This document shows, one piece after another, positions 14,526-28,870 of a stretch of DNA of 64,000 bases (position 1 is its first letter; each line of letters starts with the position of its first letter). The position numbers and the translations under genes are program-made. The notes under the pieces are model-generated. The model had not been told where the DNA came from. It worked only from the letters and a program-made list of their open reading frames with translations, and made no database searches. The stretch comes from Camelus dromedarius (Eukaryota), in assembly GCF_036321535.1 (NCBI RefSeq), contig NC_087436.1, forward strand, positions 69,504,001-69,568,000, given 5' to 3'.

Positions 14526-17500
14526 GAGGGGCTACTCATTTTTTTTCTGCTTCATTGTCACTGAACTTTGTAAGGAAAACTCTAGCCTTGCTCTTGCTTA
14601 TGTGTTTCTCATTTTACAACCTCTCCCCCCGGCCCTCATGGAACGTAAACGTCCCAGAAATAGAAGAAACTGTAGAATGTAGACATTATAAAATTCTTCA
14701 TAATCTATTGTTCCGTTTATTTCTGAGGATCTGTCAGTCAACAATAATGGATACAACCAGATGAATAGAGTTTGAATTAATAACAACCTAAATTATGTAA
14801 TATCTTAAATAAACTTCTGTTGCTTCTAGTAAAATAACTATAACTAGATATCAGAGGTTGCCAACCTCTGTTTGGCATTGATTGATACATATGTTTTTAT
14901 CAGGCAAATATTTTGTCAGTGATTTGGTGATTCCAATTTCCCTGAGGGCACTTTAAACATTGACTGCACTTGCTCAGCTTTCCTTAGTCACTTGTGTAAT
15001 GAGACCACAAGTGAAATCACTACTATGAAAGCTAGCGGCTGCTTAAACTCATATGCCTAACATTGATTTGTAGACAAAAAGACCTGCTTTTGATTAGGAA
15101 AAAAATATTTTGGTGTAGCAGCCTGGTATTTTAGAGGTAACTCCTCCACATCCTGCTGCCACCCTCACTCCTCAACCCCTTAAAAAAGTCTAGAAGAGAG
15201 AAAGCTGGACACATTAAAAATTTTTTTACATTGTAAGACATGCATTATATGTCAGATTTTCTGTCTTATAATTAATGGGTATGCACACAAAAATAATGTA
15301 TCTTTTAATTTCTCCAGTAAAAATAGTTATTGAATAATGGCTTTGTCTTAAAATAGACAGCATTTTATGCTAGAAATATGGTGAAAATAATTTGAATTTT
15401 GTATTTTCCTTACTGCTCACAGAGTAGAAGAATTAGGGACTCAGAGGCCTAGAAAAGGGTAGATTAATGACAGAGCAGAATCTAGCACAGAGTAGACACA
15501 GACAGGTTTAGAGCAGGCAAAAGCCTAAGGCAAGTGTGCCAATGAGAGGGCGTTTAGGAAAATTAAATTAAATATTCTATGTTAAATTGCTGTCTTCTCT
15601 ATGCTTCTCATTTATCCTCTATTTTTGATAAAGTATCTGATTGCTTCTGTAGTACCTTTGTTAGTGCAGGGGCAGGTTCTAGTAGAAAAAAATTCTCCAG
15701 CATGAATTACTGGAGAACATGTTGGCAGCCTCATGAAAGGAACAAGTAATGGCCAGGAACTTAGCAAAGGAGGAGATGGAAAGACGAGAAATTGAGTATG
15801 TAAACACTCAGCCTGGAATAAAGTAGGTACTGGATGGACTGAATGAATGAATGAATGAATAGTGAGACCTGCACTTCTCATCCAGACTCTTCTAAGACCT
15901 TGGGGATAGTGTTACTTCCGAGTTTGAATATAAGGGATGAATGACAGCAGAAGTCAACATAGTATATTCAGATATTAGATTTGAATTTTGCATAATATAT
16001 GAAATAGCTTTCCTCTATTAATTTCCTAGCAAATCATTTCTTCCCAGATAATACAAAGGTAAATATCAATTCAAAATCTCATTTGAATACTTGTATAGTC
16101 TGAATTAATTGAGGGAAACAAGTGAGGCCCTCTTTTTCTTCTTTGGTTCCAGAATGTAAAATTCAGAAATATAATTCCACTTACCAACTCTTATTATGTA
16201 TACAGATTATTATGAGAAAGCAAATGGATATTGAGGATACAGTTTTATATATCATCAGTTACAAATTATATAGACACATTTATTTCCCGCATAGTAAGTG
16301 ATTAACACTATGTTATACATTTAAATATCAGTGCTGGTCCTAGTTCATGTCTTTTCCATTTTTTTCTTTATTTTAATGTAACTTATACTATTATTTTATA
16401 TTTGTATAATTGATTCAAAATCGTTATTTAAATACTGTCCATGTACAAACGCCATGTACTATTGTCATCACTTGAGAGCTTGTTAGAAATGCAGAATCTC
16501 AGGCCGCAATCTAGAATCAGAATCTGTATTTTAATAAAATCCTCAAGTGATTTATGAGCACAAGAAAATTTAGGAAGCATGATTTTAAACCACTTTTTAT
16601 CTACTCTCTAATAATACAAGGTAAACATAAATGATTCATCAAAATGAATTGTGTCTCCTAGAAATTAAATTGTATTGATTCTGCTTAACATATATGACCT
16701 CTGATCATTACCCACAGTGACGATAAGCCTTACTTTCATTTTGTGGGAGTGATTAGGAAACGGAGTTGCAGGGAGTCTCCTCACACACACAGCAAGTGAG
16801 TGCGTGACTCAGAAATTGACTTGTTTTCCTAGCTCTGCTCTTAGTCATACTGCAAATCTATGTCGGTGGGCCTGACCAGAGTCAAAAGATGTTCCTGATT
16901 TACCTCATTCAAATAAGGGTGTTCACAGTTTGTAAGGAATTTTTTTTTTTTTTTGACAAAGCCAACTACCCTCTGACAAAAAGCTTACGTTCCTTATGCT
17001 GCAAAAATGTTGTCAGAGAACTATGGATATGAGTAACAAGATGAAAATAAAGCAGCGGATTGTGAACACATCCTAGTCACATCTGGGACGTGGGTGTAAC
17101 CAACTCAGGGACTTAGGAGGAGCAGTCCTGAATTAGCATTGCCGCATCACGACCAGTGAATGATGAGGTTTAGAATTATGTGAGAAGGTAAATTCAGGGG
17201 AGGGGACCCAAAGACATACAACAACTGATAACTAATGTGATTGAGTCAGATACCCTGGAAGATGGTTTATAAATGACATTTACTTTAGAATATAAAAATT
17301 CGTTCCTAAAAATCTTGTAAGTCTTACGTGAAAGTGACAGACCACGTTACGCGGTTACTTACTGTAGTTTACATGGCACTGCGCGTCTTCCTAGTTAGAT
17401 CGAGCCGCAGGCTGAAAGTCTCAATGCCTAAAACTGGCTTTAAAAAGGAAAAACGGAAAAAAGAGAAAAGTGGAAAATAATGCCCCTCTTAGGAGACACG

Positions 17501-17529
17501 GAGTCATCTGACATTAAACCTGAATGGTT

Positions 17530-17592
17530 CTTTTTTTTTTTTCTTCAGGTGGGTATACCATGTTTATTTTAATACATCTCATTCGTTTGTTT
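17530..17592 (-). mobile_element. Tiny retroposed 3'-end fragment with TSD
   Basis: TGAATGGTT at 17521-17529 and 17593-17601 flanks a T12 tract and a minus-strand AATAAA (17563-17568). Confidence 0.7.
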
Positions 17593-18091
17593 TGAATGGT
17601 TATTTTAATGAGAAAATAGTATCTCTTCCATTTGTTTCACCCTAACAAAGTACAGCTCTGCTTGGTCCACATCAAGCCACTAAAATAAGTGAATTAAATA
17701 ACATGTTCTGTATTCTGGAAAGTATGTTAAAGTGATGTGTGTGCGCGCGCATGCAGGTGTGTACATGGGGGTGGGGGAAGAGAAGGGAGGACTACAAGTG
17801 GATTCCTTCTTCCTTTATGAGGCTTACGGTTCTATGAGAAGTCCCCCAACCCTGACATTCTTCACAAGAGTCTCACTGAACCCAGAAAAGTAAAAGCGAT
17901 CACTGAAAGTCTGAGAAAGCCTGCATAGCGTCAACAACAACACTGAGTTTCCTGTGAGAAAATTGCAATTAGGGAAAAACATCCCAATTATAAACATGTG
18001 TTCAAAATGGAAACCATTCAGGGAGCACCATGCTCTGTGGATGCAAGATCAAAACTTAGAAGAGAAAAGAGATTGAAAAAGAAAATTTTAC

Positions 18092-18330
18092 CTTGCGGTT
18101 GAATTTCCTTTTTCAGTTTAAATTTCAGTTAGTGGTGCAGCTGCCGAAGGGACCTCTGGGTACAGATGGTAGTCCTTGGAAGGGCAGGCAAGAGAAGCCC
18201 CAGGAGACTCACTCCAGGGAAGAAAAATAAGCTTAAAGATATGATCTGAAGGCTGTAGTCAGTGACTTCATAGGCTGTTAAGATATACAAGGTTTGAACT
18301 ATACACACAGAGGCAGGGCCTGTTGTTTCA
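18092..18330 (-). other. SULT1B1: Candidate non-coding first exon of SULT1B1 (5' end approximate)
   Basis: Donor CAAG|GTAAAA at 18092 in non-repetitive sequence ~6 kb upstream of the ATG; FOXA-like TATTTAC and TTTAAA motifs at ~18385-18420; SULT1 genes usually have non-coding first exons. Confidence 0.4.
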
Positions 18331-19159
18331 ATAGCTGGAAAAGCCAGGAAGCCTTGAGAAGGAAATGGGTCAGGGTGGAGACCAAAAGTAAATAAAGTCA
18401 GAGATTACCTGGATTTAAAGTTCTCCACACTCCTTCAAAGGGTTTGAGAGAAATACATAGGGAAAGAACCTGAAGGGTCAGTGGACGGATACCCGTTGCT
18501 TCTCTACAACTTCTAAGAATGTCTTGTAATAATTTTGGTTACATTGGAAAGCCATTGTGTGTGTGTTTCTGTGCATGTACACATATGTGTGAGTTTTCAT
18601 CTGAAAGAAACATGAGTTTCCAATATCATGAAAAAAGCATATACCAAGGGTAAAATAATTTTGACATCAGAAACGGGGAGGGTAGAACTGATGGTTGAAG
18701 AATACATTTGCTTTCTGTCACTCTAACCATTTCTACAACCTCTCAGACCTTTTGTTTCGTTTTGTTTTATTTGTTTGTTTTTTGTGTTCTAAGTCCCATA
18801 TACTCAGATAAAGAGTTTAGTGGGAGAATAATGTGGTAAAGATGCTAATGTTGGATGAGACTAAGGTCCAGCATATCCCTGCCATGCAGAAATAGAGAGC
18901 AACAGTTTTAGAGATCTAGATTCTTTTTGTGAAGGGTCCAAATGCTAAATGTGTAACTATTGGCAACTAACTACATGCATCAAACAATATAAACACTTTT
19001 GTATGGCACATGCCAAGGAATGTAATTTGCAAAGGTGTTTGGCATAAGGTGTTAATTTCAGAAAAACTCTACTTAGATGTGCATAGATTGCCTGATAACC
19101 ACATTATTAATTAACTCATCAAACTTCAGTTGGTATATACTAATTGAAAAACACTCTAA

Positions 19160-19350
19160 ATCAGAGATTCTTGAATTTTAGCATGTTTCAGAATCATCTG
19201 GGAGGCCATGACAAAACATAGATTACTGAGTACCAATTCCCAGTGTTTCTGATTCAGTTGGCCTAGGGTGAAGCCTGAGAATTTGCTATTACAACAAATT
19301 CTGAGATGATGCTGATGCTACTGGTTTGGGGACCATACTTTGAGAACCAT
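19160..19350. mobile_element. MER5A-like hAT MITE (related copies at ~16430-16590 and ~41260-41440)
   Basis: CAGAATCATCTGGGAGG...TTTCTGATTCAGT...GGGACCATACTTTGAGAACCA. Confidence 0.75.
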
Positions 19351-22300
19351 GAGTAAAAATATCTCTTGTTTTAAAATATATATTAATATCCTATGGTTAA
19401 CTCATTCATTAATCTCTTTATCCATTCATTTATGTATTCATTCAGTCATTCACCAGACCTATCATGTTCCAGATACTACACTAGAATAAAACGAAAAGCA
19501 TTAATGTTTGCCTTGCTGATTTATAAAAAATTATTGATTGAATGCATTCTGTATCTGTTGATAGCTCAAATTTTACCCATGAGATTCAGAGATTCTAAAA
19601 GATTTGTCTAAACTCCTAAACATTAGGTAAAGAATCAGGCTCAGAAAATAACTTGTGACTTTTAAGCCATGTAAGCTTAACAAACAGAGTAACAGAGATA
19701 GAAGAGGGATTAAGAAAAACAAAAGATTCACAGTGCATGTATTCTTTTTCCCCTAAAATTAATCCTGTGTACACATCAACCAGTCTAAACAGAAGTATTT
19801 AAGAAGATTAGATCCTTTCAATTTCACTGTCTAATAAAATAAATAAATTCTATGAAGAGTTAAATAAAAATTAGGAAATTATTTTATGGCAGGTGAGAAA
19901 TATAAAATTGAGAGGCACTCAAAACTTTAAAATATTTGTTTTTCTCTTTGTAAAAGTAATAAATGAACATTGCAAAATAATTCTAGAAGATATAGAAAAT
20001 ACAGATTTAAATCTGTTCTAAATTTTACTACAGAAACAACCACTATTAATATTTGGGTATTTGCAGAATACTCTAAATATTTTCATTCCGCTTTCTCCTG
20101 CAAAAAAGGTATTATATTATACATACCAGTTTTACACTGAATTGTGCTACAATAATATTTCATACTTCAGAAAAAAATTTAGAAGCAGAATTGCTAAATC
20201 AAAGATATATCCTTTGTAAAGTTCATCCCAATTTAAATTCTCATTAGCAGAATATCAATGCACATTTTATCCATCCTAATGACCAACATTTGATATGGCA
20301 AACCTGTTGTATAAACTTATGGGCAAAAATTATCATCTCATTATTTAGTTAGCACTTCTTTAGTTACATCAGAGTTTGACTTTTTTATGCTATTCTGATT
20401 TAATGTGTTTTTTAAAAGGGATGGGTAAGTTATTGATAGTCTCTTCTTATTTTTCTGTTAAAATATTTATGTCCTTACAGTTTGAGGCCTTTTTATATAT
20501 TAAGGACAAAGAATTACTTTTTCCATGAATAGAACAAATGTTTCCCCATTTGCCATTTTAATTTTATTTATTTCCTTCACAGGAATTGTGACATGCAATT
20601 TACTTTTGCATAATAGCCTGATGTTTATTAACTAATTTTAGTTTTTTTATGATTTATCTTATAAGAAGATAAGTTACTTGAAGACAGAGAATGTGTCTTA
20701 TGCTTTTTTAAAAAATGCGTATAGAAGGCAAATACAAAGAAATGCTGAATATACATTTGATTTTTGTACCGGCATTAGTAAGGAAAGGGGCTTCTAAATT
20801 TTAGCCACACATACATAAATAACCACATTGGACATTATTTTTTATTGCATGTTTATAAAGATAGTATCTTCAAATTGTGATCCTAGTAATACTGAATAAA
20901 TGTTCTAAATTTTTTAAAGAGCAAGTTCAAACATGGGAAGTGAGAAGAAACGTTAGAACAGGAAATGTTATTTTTGTGATATTTAACTCAAGGCAAAAGG
21001 GATGATAGCTTTTTTCAGATTATGATGTTTTTCCTAATTCTCTTTTATGTTTTGAGGACATTTCTTTTTATTTTCCTTATCTAAGAGTATGCAATTTAAT
21101 ATCCAAATATATATCTATGTTCTCCAAATTTCTATGTTCTTATACCAGTGGTTTCTGCATATATAATATTTTTCTCAGTTACCTTTCTTATGAATGTGTG
21201 AGTCCAAAGGAGAAGCTAATCATTTTTGAAACTGTGTATGTACCTGTAAATTCCTGAGCACAGGGATATCTTTTCCCCCAAGCTAAGAGTCACTTCCTTG
21301 AAATTCTTTATGTCATCATAGCTCATCTACCTGGGAAGGCAGGGATTAGGTTGAAGATCAATCTGCTTCCTCTCTGAAGGCAGGTAATACTGACAGGTCT
21401 CACCAAAATGCTTTTGCCTCACTTCCTTTTCAGAACTAGGGAAGTCCCTCATCTGAATATTGATATCCTTGTATAACTTAGTCATTTTTATTGAAGAGGG
21501 ATGGTAGCAATAAAGGACATTATTGGATAAAGAAATATTCACAATAAATATAAATTATGCCATTAGGAAATAAATAAAAATGTCCAAAAGGAGGCTGACA
21601 GAATGTAGATTTCTTTCCTTAAATGTCTTCAAAAGCAAAAGAATCTGCTTGTTCAACATAGTTAAAAATCCCTTGATGGCAAAACCTGGAGTTTATTCCT
21701 CCTTATAAACTAATTGTCTTTCAAGGTCTTACTTAGGGACATCAGGTTTTATACTACAGCATGAATAGTATCTCTTAGAATTGTAGAATGCACAACACAT
21801 ACAACTGTACTTGCTAGTGCTATAGACTAGCAATGATCCTGACCCTTAGAATCAACTTGGTAGACATTTTGAATTAAAGGCTGTTTGATTTATGTTAATA
21901 ATCATAGAGTTAGTGGCATATTAAAAGGAATTTTTAGTCCCAGATATAGGGAGCAGATTAATTTTATTTAGTCAATTGTGCTTGGTAAATACCAGCATGT
22001 AATTAATCTCACAGTTGTTTTCTCATAATTCTTTTGAGCCAAAGTCCAAGTAGTCAGCTTCAATGAGAAGTTAGTAGAGTGATAAGATCATGAACTTCAG
22101 TGTCTGCAAGATAAACTTGAGTTCAAACACAGATTCTCCCACTTACTTGTGGGTAAACACTATTGAAACAAAAATGAGCAGTAAAGTAAATTCTCGTATA
22201 CAACTGCTGCCAATCAAATATATTCTCTTCTTCCTCAAGAAAGGGACCTTAATTTGGTCAGATGAAGCAAGGTTCTTGGGGATGTGAGTATGGATATATA

Positions 22301-24798
22301 TTCTTTCTTCTTTCTTTCTCATTGTTAATAAAAGTGAGTTTTCAGAACAATAGATAGTGAATGTCTCAGCACCAGAGTTGTAATCTTGGGTCCTATAGGA
22401 GTGTGTACTTTCTTAGCTGCCAAAGAAAAAAAGCCCTGTTTGACAGCTTTGGAGTTTGTAAATAATACTGGCCTTATCTTGCTTCTGGAGAGGGAAATTA
22501 ACAAGGTCTGCTATCTAATATCTGGTCACCTCCTTTCCATATATACACACCCCCTTCAACACACACAACACACACACACACACACACACAAATGCCAAGA
22601 GGGTAAACCTCACTCTTGTTTACCATAATGTTAAAGGGCTTGAGTTGAAGCCCTTTCCGCCGCTTATTCCACGGTGGGAGAGAAGTGAGTAGAACACAAG
22701 ATGGCTCTTTCCTTCCTGTGCTAGGCTTGAGAAAGGTGACCAGCTGCCTTTACTGCCCATTCTTTTCCTGTGGTTTACATTTCTTGAAAAAGAAACAATC
22801 AAAAACTCTCATAAGGAAGTACATCTTTGGCCTGAGACGCCATAAGCTGCCTCAGCAAAATGTAAAAATGAGATTTTCTATTAGCATGTAGTTTGTACTT
22901 TAATATCCCAGATTTTACGCTGTGATTTCTCCCTCTCTGACCTCTGCAGCTTTGGAGACACTTGGCCAATATCTGGACCTCACCCACTCAGCCTGATAAA
23001 GTGTGTGCCTGAGCAAGAGTCCCTATCAAACACATAGCTTGGTGTATGTTTTTAAAAATGAATATTTAATGGTTTGTATTTTAGATTGAGATATACCTTT
23101 GAACATATATCAACTGAGTAAAAATATTGTATAATCAAATTTTAGAAACATATTTAGAAATTATGATTTCATAGCTGAGCAAGTCCTAAGAAGAATTTTC
23201 TGTTGTCTTTTAAGCACCTATCTTCTAGATTTTTACTAAAATTGTTTTTGCATAAATTCCATCATTTACTGCTTTAGAAGTTAGATTGTTAATGCTGTTG
23301 AGAATTTTGACTTTCATAGCTGGATGAGGTAAACACATATCAAAGAGTAATTGGTCTAAAAGAGTTGTTTTATGACCATCTGAAATATAAAAAAAAAAGA
23401 TTGTTTTGACTTTACTTGCACAAAATAAAATGCATCTATTTTTCTTTTGCAAGGTATAGTAATGATGTTTTCATTTTGCTTTTAGTAAAATTAAGGTGAT
23501 AGTATATGTTTTAGTTCTTGAACTTTCCAAAGTTTATATTAATTTGAGATCTATGAGACCTTTTAAGGTACTACATATTTTTAAAGAAATAAAAAGCTGA
23601 CTCTAGGGTTAATTTTATGTCACTTGGCTGTACAGTATTTTAATTGACATGGTTGAACACACATCCTATGAATACCTCAACATACTCATAAAATAGTAAT
23701 AAAAAAACTTTAACCAGGAAGTAAACACAGAATGATGATTCAGACTTCTGTAAGTATAGGTGGCTCATGCATTTGCTATTCTTCATATTATTTTTAATTT
23801 TTCCTAAAGAGTTGTAACTTTCTGAGACAGACTGAAAATACTGAAAATCTTATAAGGGGTAAAAGTATAGAAAGCATAGAATGATAATTAAACTCTCACC
23901 CCTACCCCATTCACACTGTTTGTGATCCTTTGCCTAGGATGTAATTAATTCTTTTGTTTTGATGACTTCATTTTTAAATACTCATCCCTTTCTAGTCTAC
24001 ATCATTTTCAGCCAATTATGTTAGAGATTTAGAGTTGAAGGTCAAAACTAAAGATACTTTCTACCCTGGCCTCTGCCACTTTGCTCTCAGGATAGCCTGG
24101 GAAATAGTTCTTAATTTCTCCAGTGTCAATCTTCTACTTTATAAAGCACTGACTTTGGTCGGGATGAGGTAGGGTGTTAAAGCAAGGCTGAATTGCCTAG
24201 ATTTGAATCTTAGTACTGTCGGACATTGGGGAAGCTACATACTATCATTGTACTTCAGTTTTATCCTATATAATATGATGATAATACTGTGCCAAATTCA
24301 TAAAGACAATGTGTAAATTTCAAAAGATATTTGTGAAGCACTTAGTGCAATGTTCCACTGGTAGTCACACTAAGTGTGAACTTCGTTATTATTCCTGCAT
24401 TCACTTTCTAATTCAGTAGCAAGATAGGCTAGAACAATAGAGAATGCTCTAAGCAGTGACTAAGCAGAAATGGGCAACTTACTCAAATTCTTAATGAGCC
24501 AGATGCAGTTATGCTCACGGAATTTTGTCCACAACAGTAGTGACTTTATCCTCATGGAACTGCCATCAACAGCTGGCTTCCTCCTCAGTTATGCTAAGTC
24601 TAATTTTCCTTACAGGTCAGTCCCTAGAAATAACATTTGAGCTTTCCATTCCATTGTCTGACAAAGTTCCACCAAGATGTCCATTTCTGCTACTATATAT
24701 TTATATGTGCATATAAAATTTCAATGCATATGTGCATTCTTCTGCAGATCTCTAACAAAAGATGTAAATAGGACACAAATGTATCAGTATAAATTGAC

Positions 24799-24945
24799 TG
24801 TCAGAACTGTATGTCTGAAGGAAAAGCCGGGCTGGGGTACTCATAAATCTAAGCGTAACAAACGTCAGATTACTGATCTGAGTTCTGCTGGGCTAACTCG
24901 TAAATATAAGTTAATAAGTGTTGGTTTGCTGATTCCCTGCTCATG

Positions 24946-24977
<32 letters not shown>

Positions 24978-25260
24978 GCTAGCCAGCTGGATTTTCAGAG
25001 AGACATATCTGGCCTTGAAATGTTGGTTTGCTGCCTCCCTGCCTCTGCTTTTGTGATAATGATGCCACTAAAGCTGTTCCATGCCTATTGGCCGAATACC
25101 CCAAGCTTGTAATTAACCCTATAAAACCTCATGCACACGTCTTGGAGGTTCTCAGAGCTTCGGAGCAGAAGCCCCTCTGAGCCCGCCGGCGTAATACATC
25201 TGAGTGCTTCAACCCTCCGAGTGGTGCTTGTTTCTTGGCTGGCCTGCCATTTCCATAACA
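24799..25260 (+). mobile_element. Probable ERV solo LTR
   Basis: TG...CA-bounded block with CTATAAAA ~25119, AATACA ~25193 and U5-like end ...TTCCATAACA; TSD not resolved. Confidence 0.6.
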
Positions 25261-27736
25261 CATGGACACAATGTTAATGTTTAATAAAGAGTGTTTGTGG
25301 TCTGAGAGTGAAGCAGAACATATGACTTTAGAATTATTAGAGCTTGCTTAATATAAAACTGTTTCTTTTCCCAATTTTGCTCCAGCTGAGTATTAATGGA
25401 GTCTGGTTTCATGGGCACTTTTTGGAGAGTATTGCTTGCAATAAAAACCACCACAATTTATCAATAATCTCCACAATGCTGAAACCAGTTCTGTAACAAA
25501 TGTCACTTTTAAGTTTTTGTGGGGTCCTTGTTTTTCAATTTTTTATAAAATATGCATAATAAAATATTTTATTTTGTGCCATTGTGTAATAATTTCCAGT
25601 CACTAGTAGTTCCTAGAAATCAGAAGAAAAAAATAAAAACACAAAACAGGACTTTTAAGTGTAGCAAACAAATGTTCAAAAAAATCTTTCCATGATAAAA
25701 TGAAATTTATTACAACAAATATTGCAGAGCTAATGAGATCAGGGAAACCCCAGAATGAAAGCTGCCTCTCCATGACAAGACTCTGAGTTGATAATATTAA
25801 TAATAATACCATATTAGAATTTGTAACCATTAGCAGGTGACTCTGTGGTTAAGTATGTACTATCGACATAGGGTTGCAAATTGGAGCCCAGATATTAAAG
25901 CTGCAATAAAATTTTTCCAGGTTGATAGTGGCCACAGATGAAAGTAGAAATATCCTCTAAGGAAAATTATCTTAAATATGGGTCTTTCGGGATTCTAACA
26001 TGTAAAGTTCACATAATTATTATCTCACAATAAAATTACATAACACAGAATGAAATAATCCATAATAAAATAGAGATTGTAGAAACAGAAATAATGGATT
26101 CAAATCTTCCAATACGTCAGGTGTTGGATTTATCAGATATTGAATTTAAGTTAATTATGTATAAATGTTTTAAGAAATAAAATATTAATAAAAATTAAAC
26201 TATCAAGATGACTAACACTAAAATGAAATTTAAAAAATTAAAATCATTGAGGTGAAAAATTCAATAGATGGGCAAACAGCAAAATAGTAAAACTGAACAG
26301 TCCTGAAAAGGACTATAGCAAGAGAATATGAAAGAAAAGAGTCGAGCTGTAGAAAATTAGATGAAATGAGAAGTTCTAATGTATGTGCAATTGAAGTTCT
26401 GAAAGGAGAGAACAGAAAAAATGGAGCTGATAAATTACTTACATGGTGAATGAAAATTTTCCGTGAAGGATAAAGTATGTGACTCTTCAGGATCAAGATG
26501 TACAATATATTGTAAACAGGACACATATTAAAAGAAAAAAAATCCGCCGGGAGGCACATAGCTGTGAAGCTGCAAAGAACGAAAATGAAGAAAATATTTT
26601 AAAAGCAAGAAGAGATGCCTTGTAAAGGAGTAACAGTTGGGCTGCCAATAGATTTCATAAACAACAATGGAAACCAGAAGGCTGATACAAAAAAGCACTA
26701 AAGCAGGTACCACAAAGCTATTCATCTCTGTATCCTCAGGACTCAGAGCTAAGTGAGCCCTATGAGCAGGTAGCCACGTGCCCGGTAACTAGCAGGTGCC
26801 TTCCACTTTGGAGCTTCATTCACAAAGAACCCTCTTAAATTGCACTGTAATGGATTTTCTTGGACTAGGTTTTACTTCAGGCTGTAGTTCACAACACTTT
26901 CTAAACCTGTTTCTTAAAATTATTATTTAAAAATTTTAAGATGATTGTAGATTCACGTGAAGTTATAACAAATAATACAAAGATCCTAAACCCTTTACAT
27001 AATTTTCCCCAGTGGTAACATCTTGCAAAACTGTAGTATTATACCAACACAGGATATTGATGCAGTTAAGATGCAGAGTATTTCTGTCACTGCAAGTTCT
27101 CTCTGGTTGTGCCTTTATAGCTTTACCTGCTTCACTCCAGTCCCTTCCTTAAATCCTGACAACCACTAGTTATTTTTGTATTTCAGTTTTTTTAAAAAAA
27201 AATTTTATATATATGGAATCATACAAGATTTAAACTTTGGAGGTTAGTTTTTCTTTATTCTGCATAAATCCCTGGAGATTCTTCTTAGTTTTATGTATCA
27301 ATAGCATATTTCTTTTTATTGCTCATTAGTGAATCTTGGGTAAGAGTCTGTACCACAACAGAGAATGGTTAATGGCAGAGGGAGCAATGCTCTACCAAGT
27401 GTATTCTGATGTGGACCCGATGGAGGGTAAAGGATAAAAGAGGTCTGACTGAAAGGTCAGTAATTATACATGGAGATCTGGATCTAATATTATGGACAAT
27501 ATTATGGACAAAAAGGTGGTCATTACTGAGAATATTGTGAGCAATTATCACCAGCAGCAGGAGTAGAATTTTACAGTGGTTTCAATATGCTACATGAAGA
27601 ATAAAAGTAACGGGACCTTCCTAACCTTCCTTGCTTTAGGTGCTACAGAATCAGTAGGATTAGCCCAATCTTTTGAAACTTAATATATCTAGACTAGCCA
27701 TAAAGGGGAAATGAGGTATTTTAACATCATGAGCTT

Positions 27737-27857
27737 GGGTGGGGGGTGGTGTATAGCTTAGTGGTAAGTGCATGTTTAGCGTGTATGAGGTCCTGAGTTC
27801 AGTCCCAGTACCTCATTTAAAAAATTAAAAAAATAAAAATACATAAAAAGTAAAAAA
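27737..27857 (+). mobile_element. tRNA-derived SINE, Vic-1-like (camelid)
   Basis: GGGG..GTATAGCTTAGTGGTAAGTGCATGTTTAGC..GAGGTCCTGAGTTCAGTCCCAGTACCTC with A and B boxes, followed by an A-rich tail. Confidence 0.75.
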
Positions 27858-28870
27858 GTGGCAAATGATAGAAAGAATATTTTAAAATGTTATCATTGTG
27901 AACTAGATTAAATTGCCTATGTCAAAACATGATGTCTTAAGATAACTTCAGATTAATTCAATGAGTTAATTGTAATCTTTGTTTACATGGTGACTTAAAG
28001 GCTGTAATAAAATTACATTCTTCAGAAGCCTGGGTTCTAAGAGAATGAGAGACTAAAGAGTTACGGGAAAATCTTAAGTCAGAAAGATAATTTAATATGG
28101 AGCCTCTAAAACTACATAATGTTATATTTATGGTAAAGAAGTGAGAAGAAACTAGTTGACAAATTTTCTCTGAAGACAGAGAATAAAAAGAGGATTATTA
28201 CCCATGATTTATGCAATTGGTCTCCAAAGTGACATGCATGCACTCCAGAGCACTGAAGTCAATAAAATGTGATTCAAGAAGAAAATATTTACTTACTTTT
28301 AAATAAATATACACATGTGTATAGATACATATTTTATTCACATACATAGTATACATAAGTGCATGAAGATACAAATTTATTTACAAAATTCCAGCAGAAC
28401 TCTTTTCCTAAATGCTGGACAAAGTTGAAAACTGAGTACATGATTTGATAAGCACAGGAAAGTTTACATTTTTTTTTCCATTTAGACCTTGATTTTAGTA
28501 ACATATATTTTTTAATCTTTATAATCACTGAGGCAAAGTAGTGAAATAATCCTAATTTAGAGCCATATTTCCAAATCAGAGTGTTAAACCAAAATTTCAA
28601 AAGATCATAAAGTCATTTCAATTACATTTTTCTCATTCTAAGTGCTTTTACTGAATATTTGACGTAAGTGGTTGGCTGCATAATTACTCTCTCTGCAGCT
28701 TACCGACTAACAAAATTGCAAAAATTAGAATACCTGTTTTAAAGAACTGAATGAAGATTGATTGAAGTAAAGTTATGCGGATTGTATAGCACAGTGCTTA
28801 GTACATAGTAAGTTCTCAATAAATATCAGCTATTAGTATTGTAGCTCTTTCCTATGTTCTTTATACCCTT

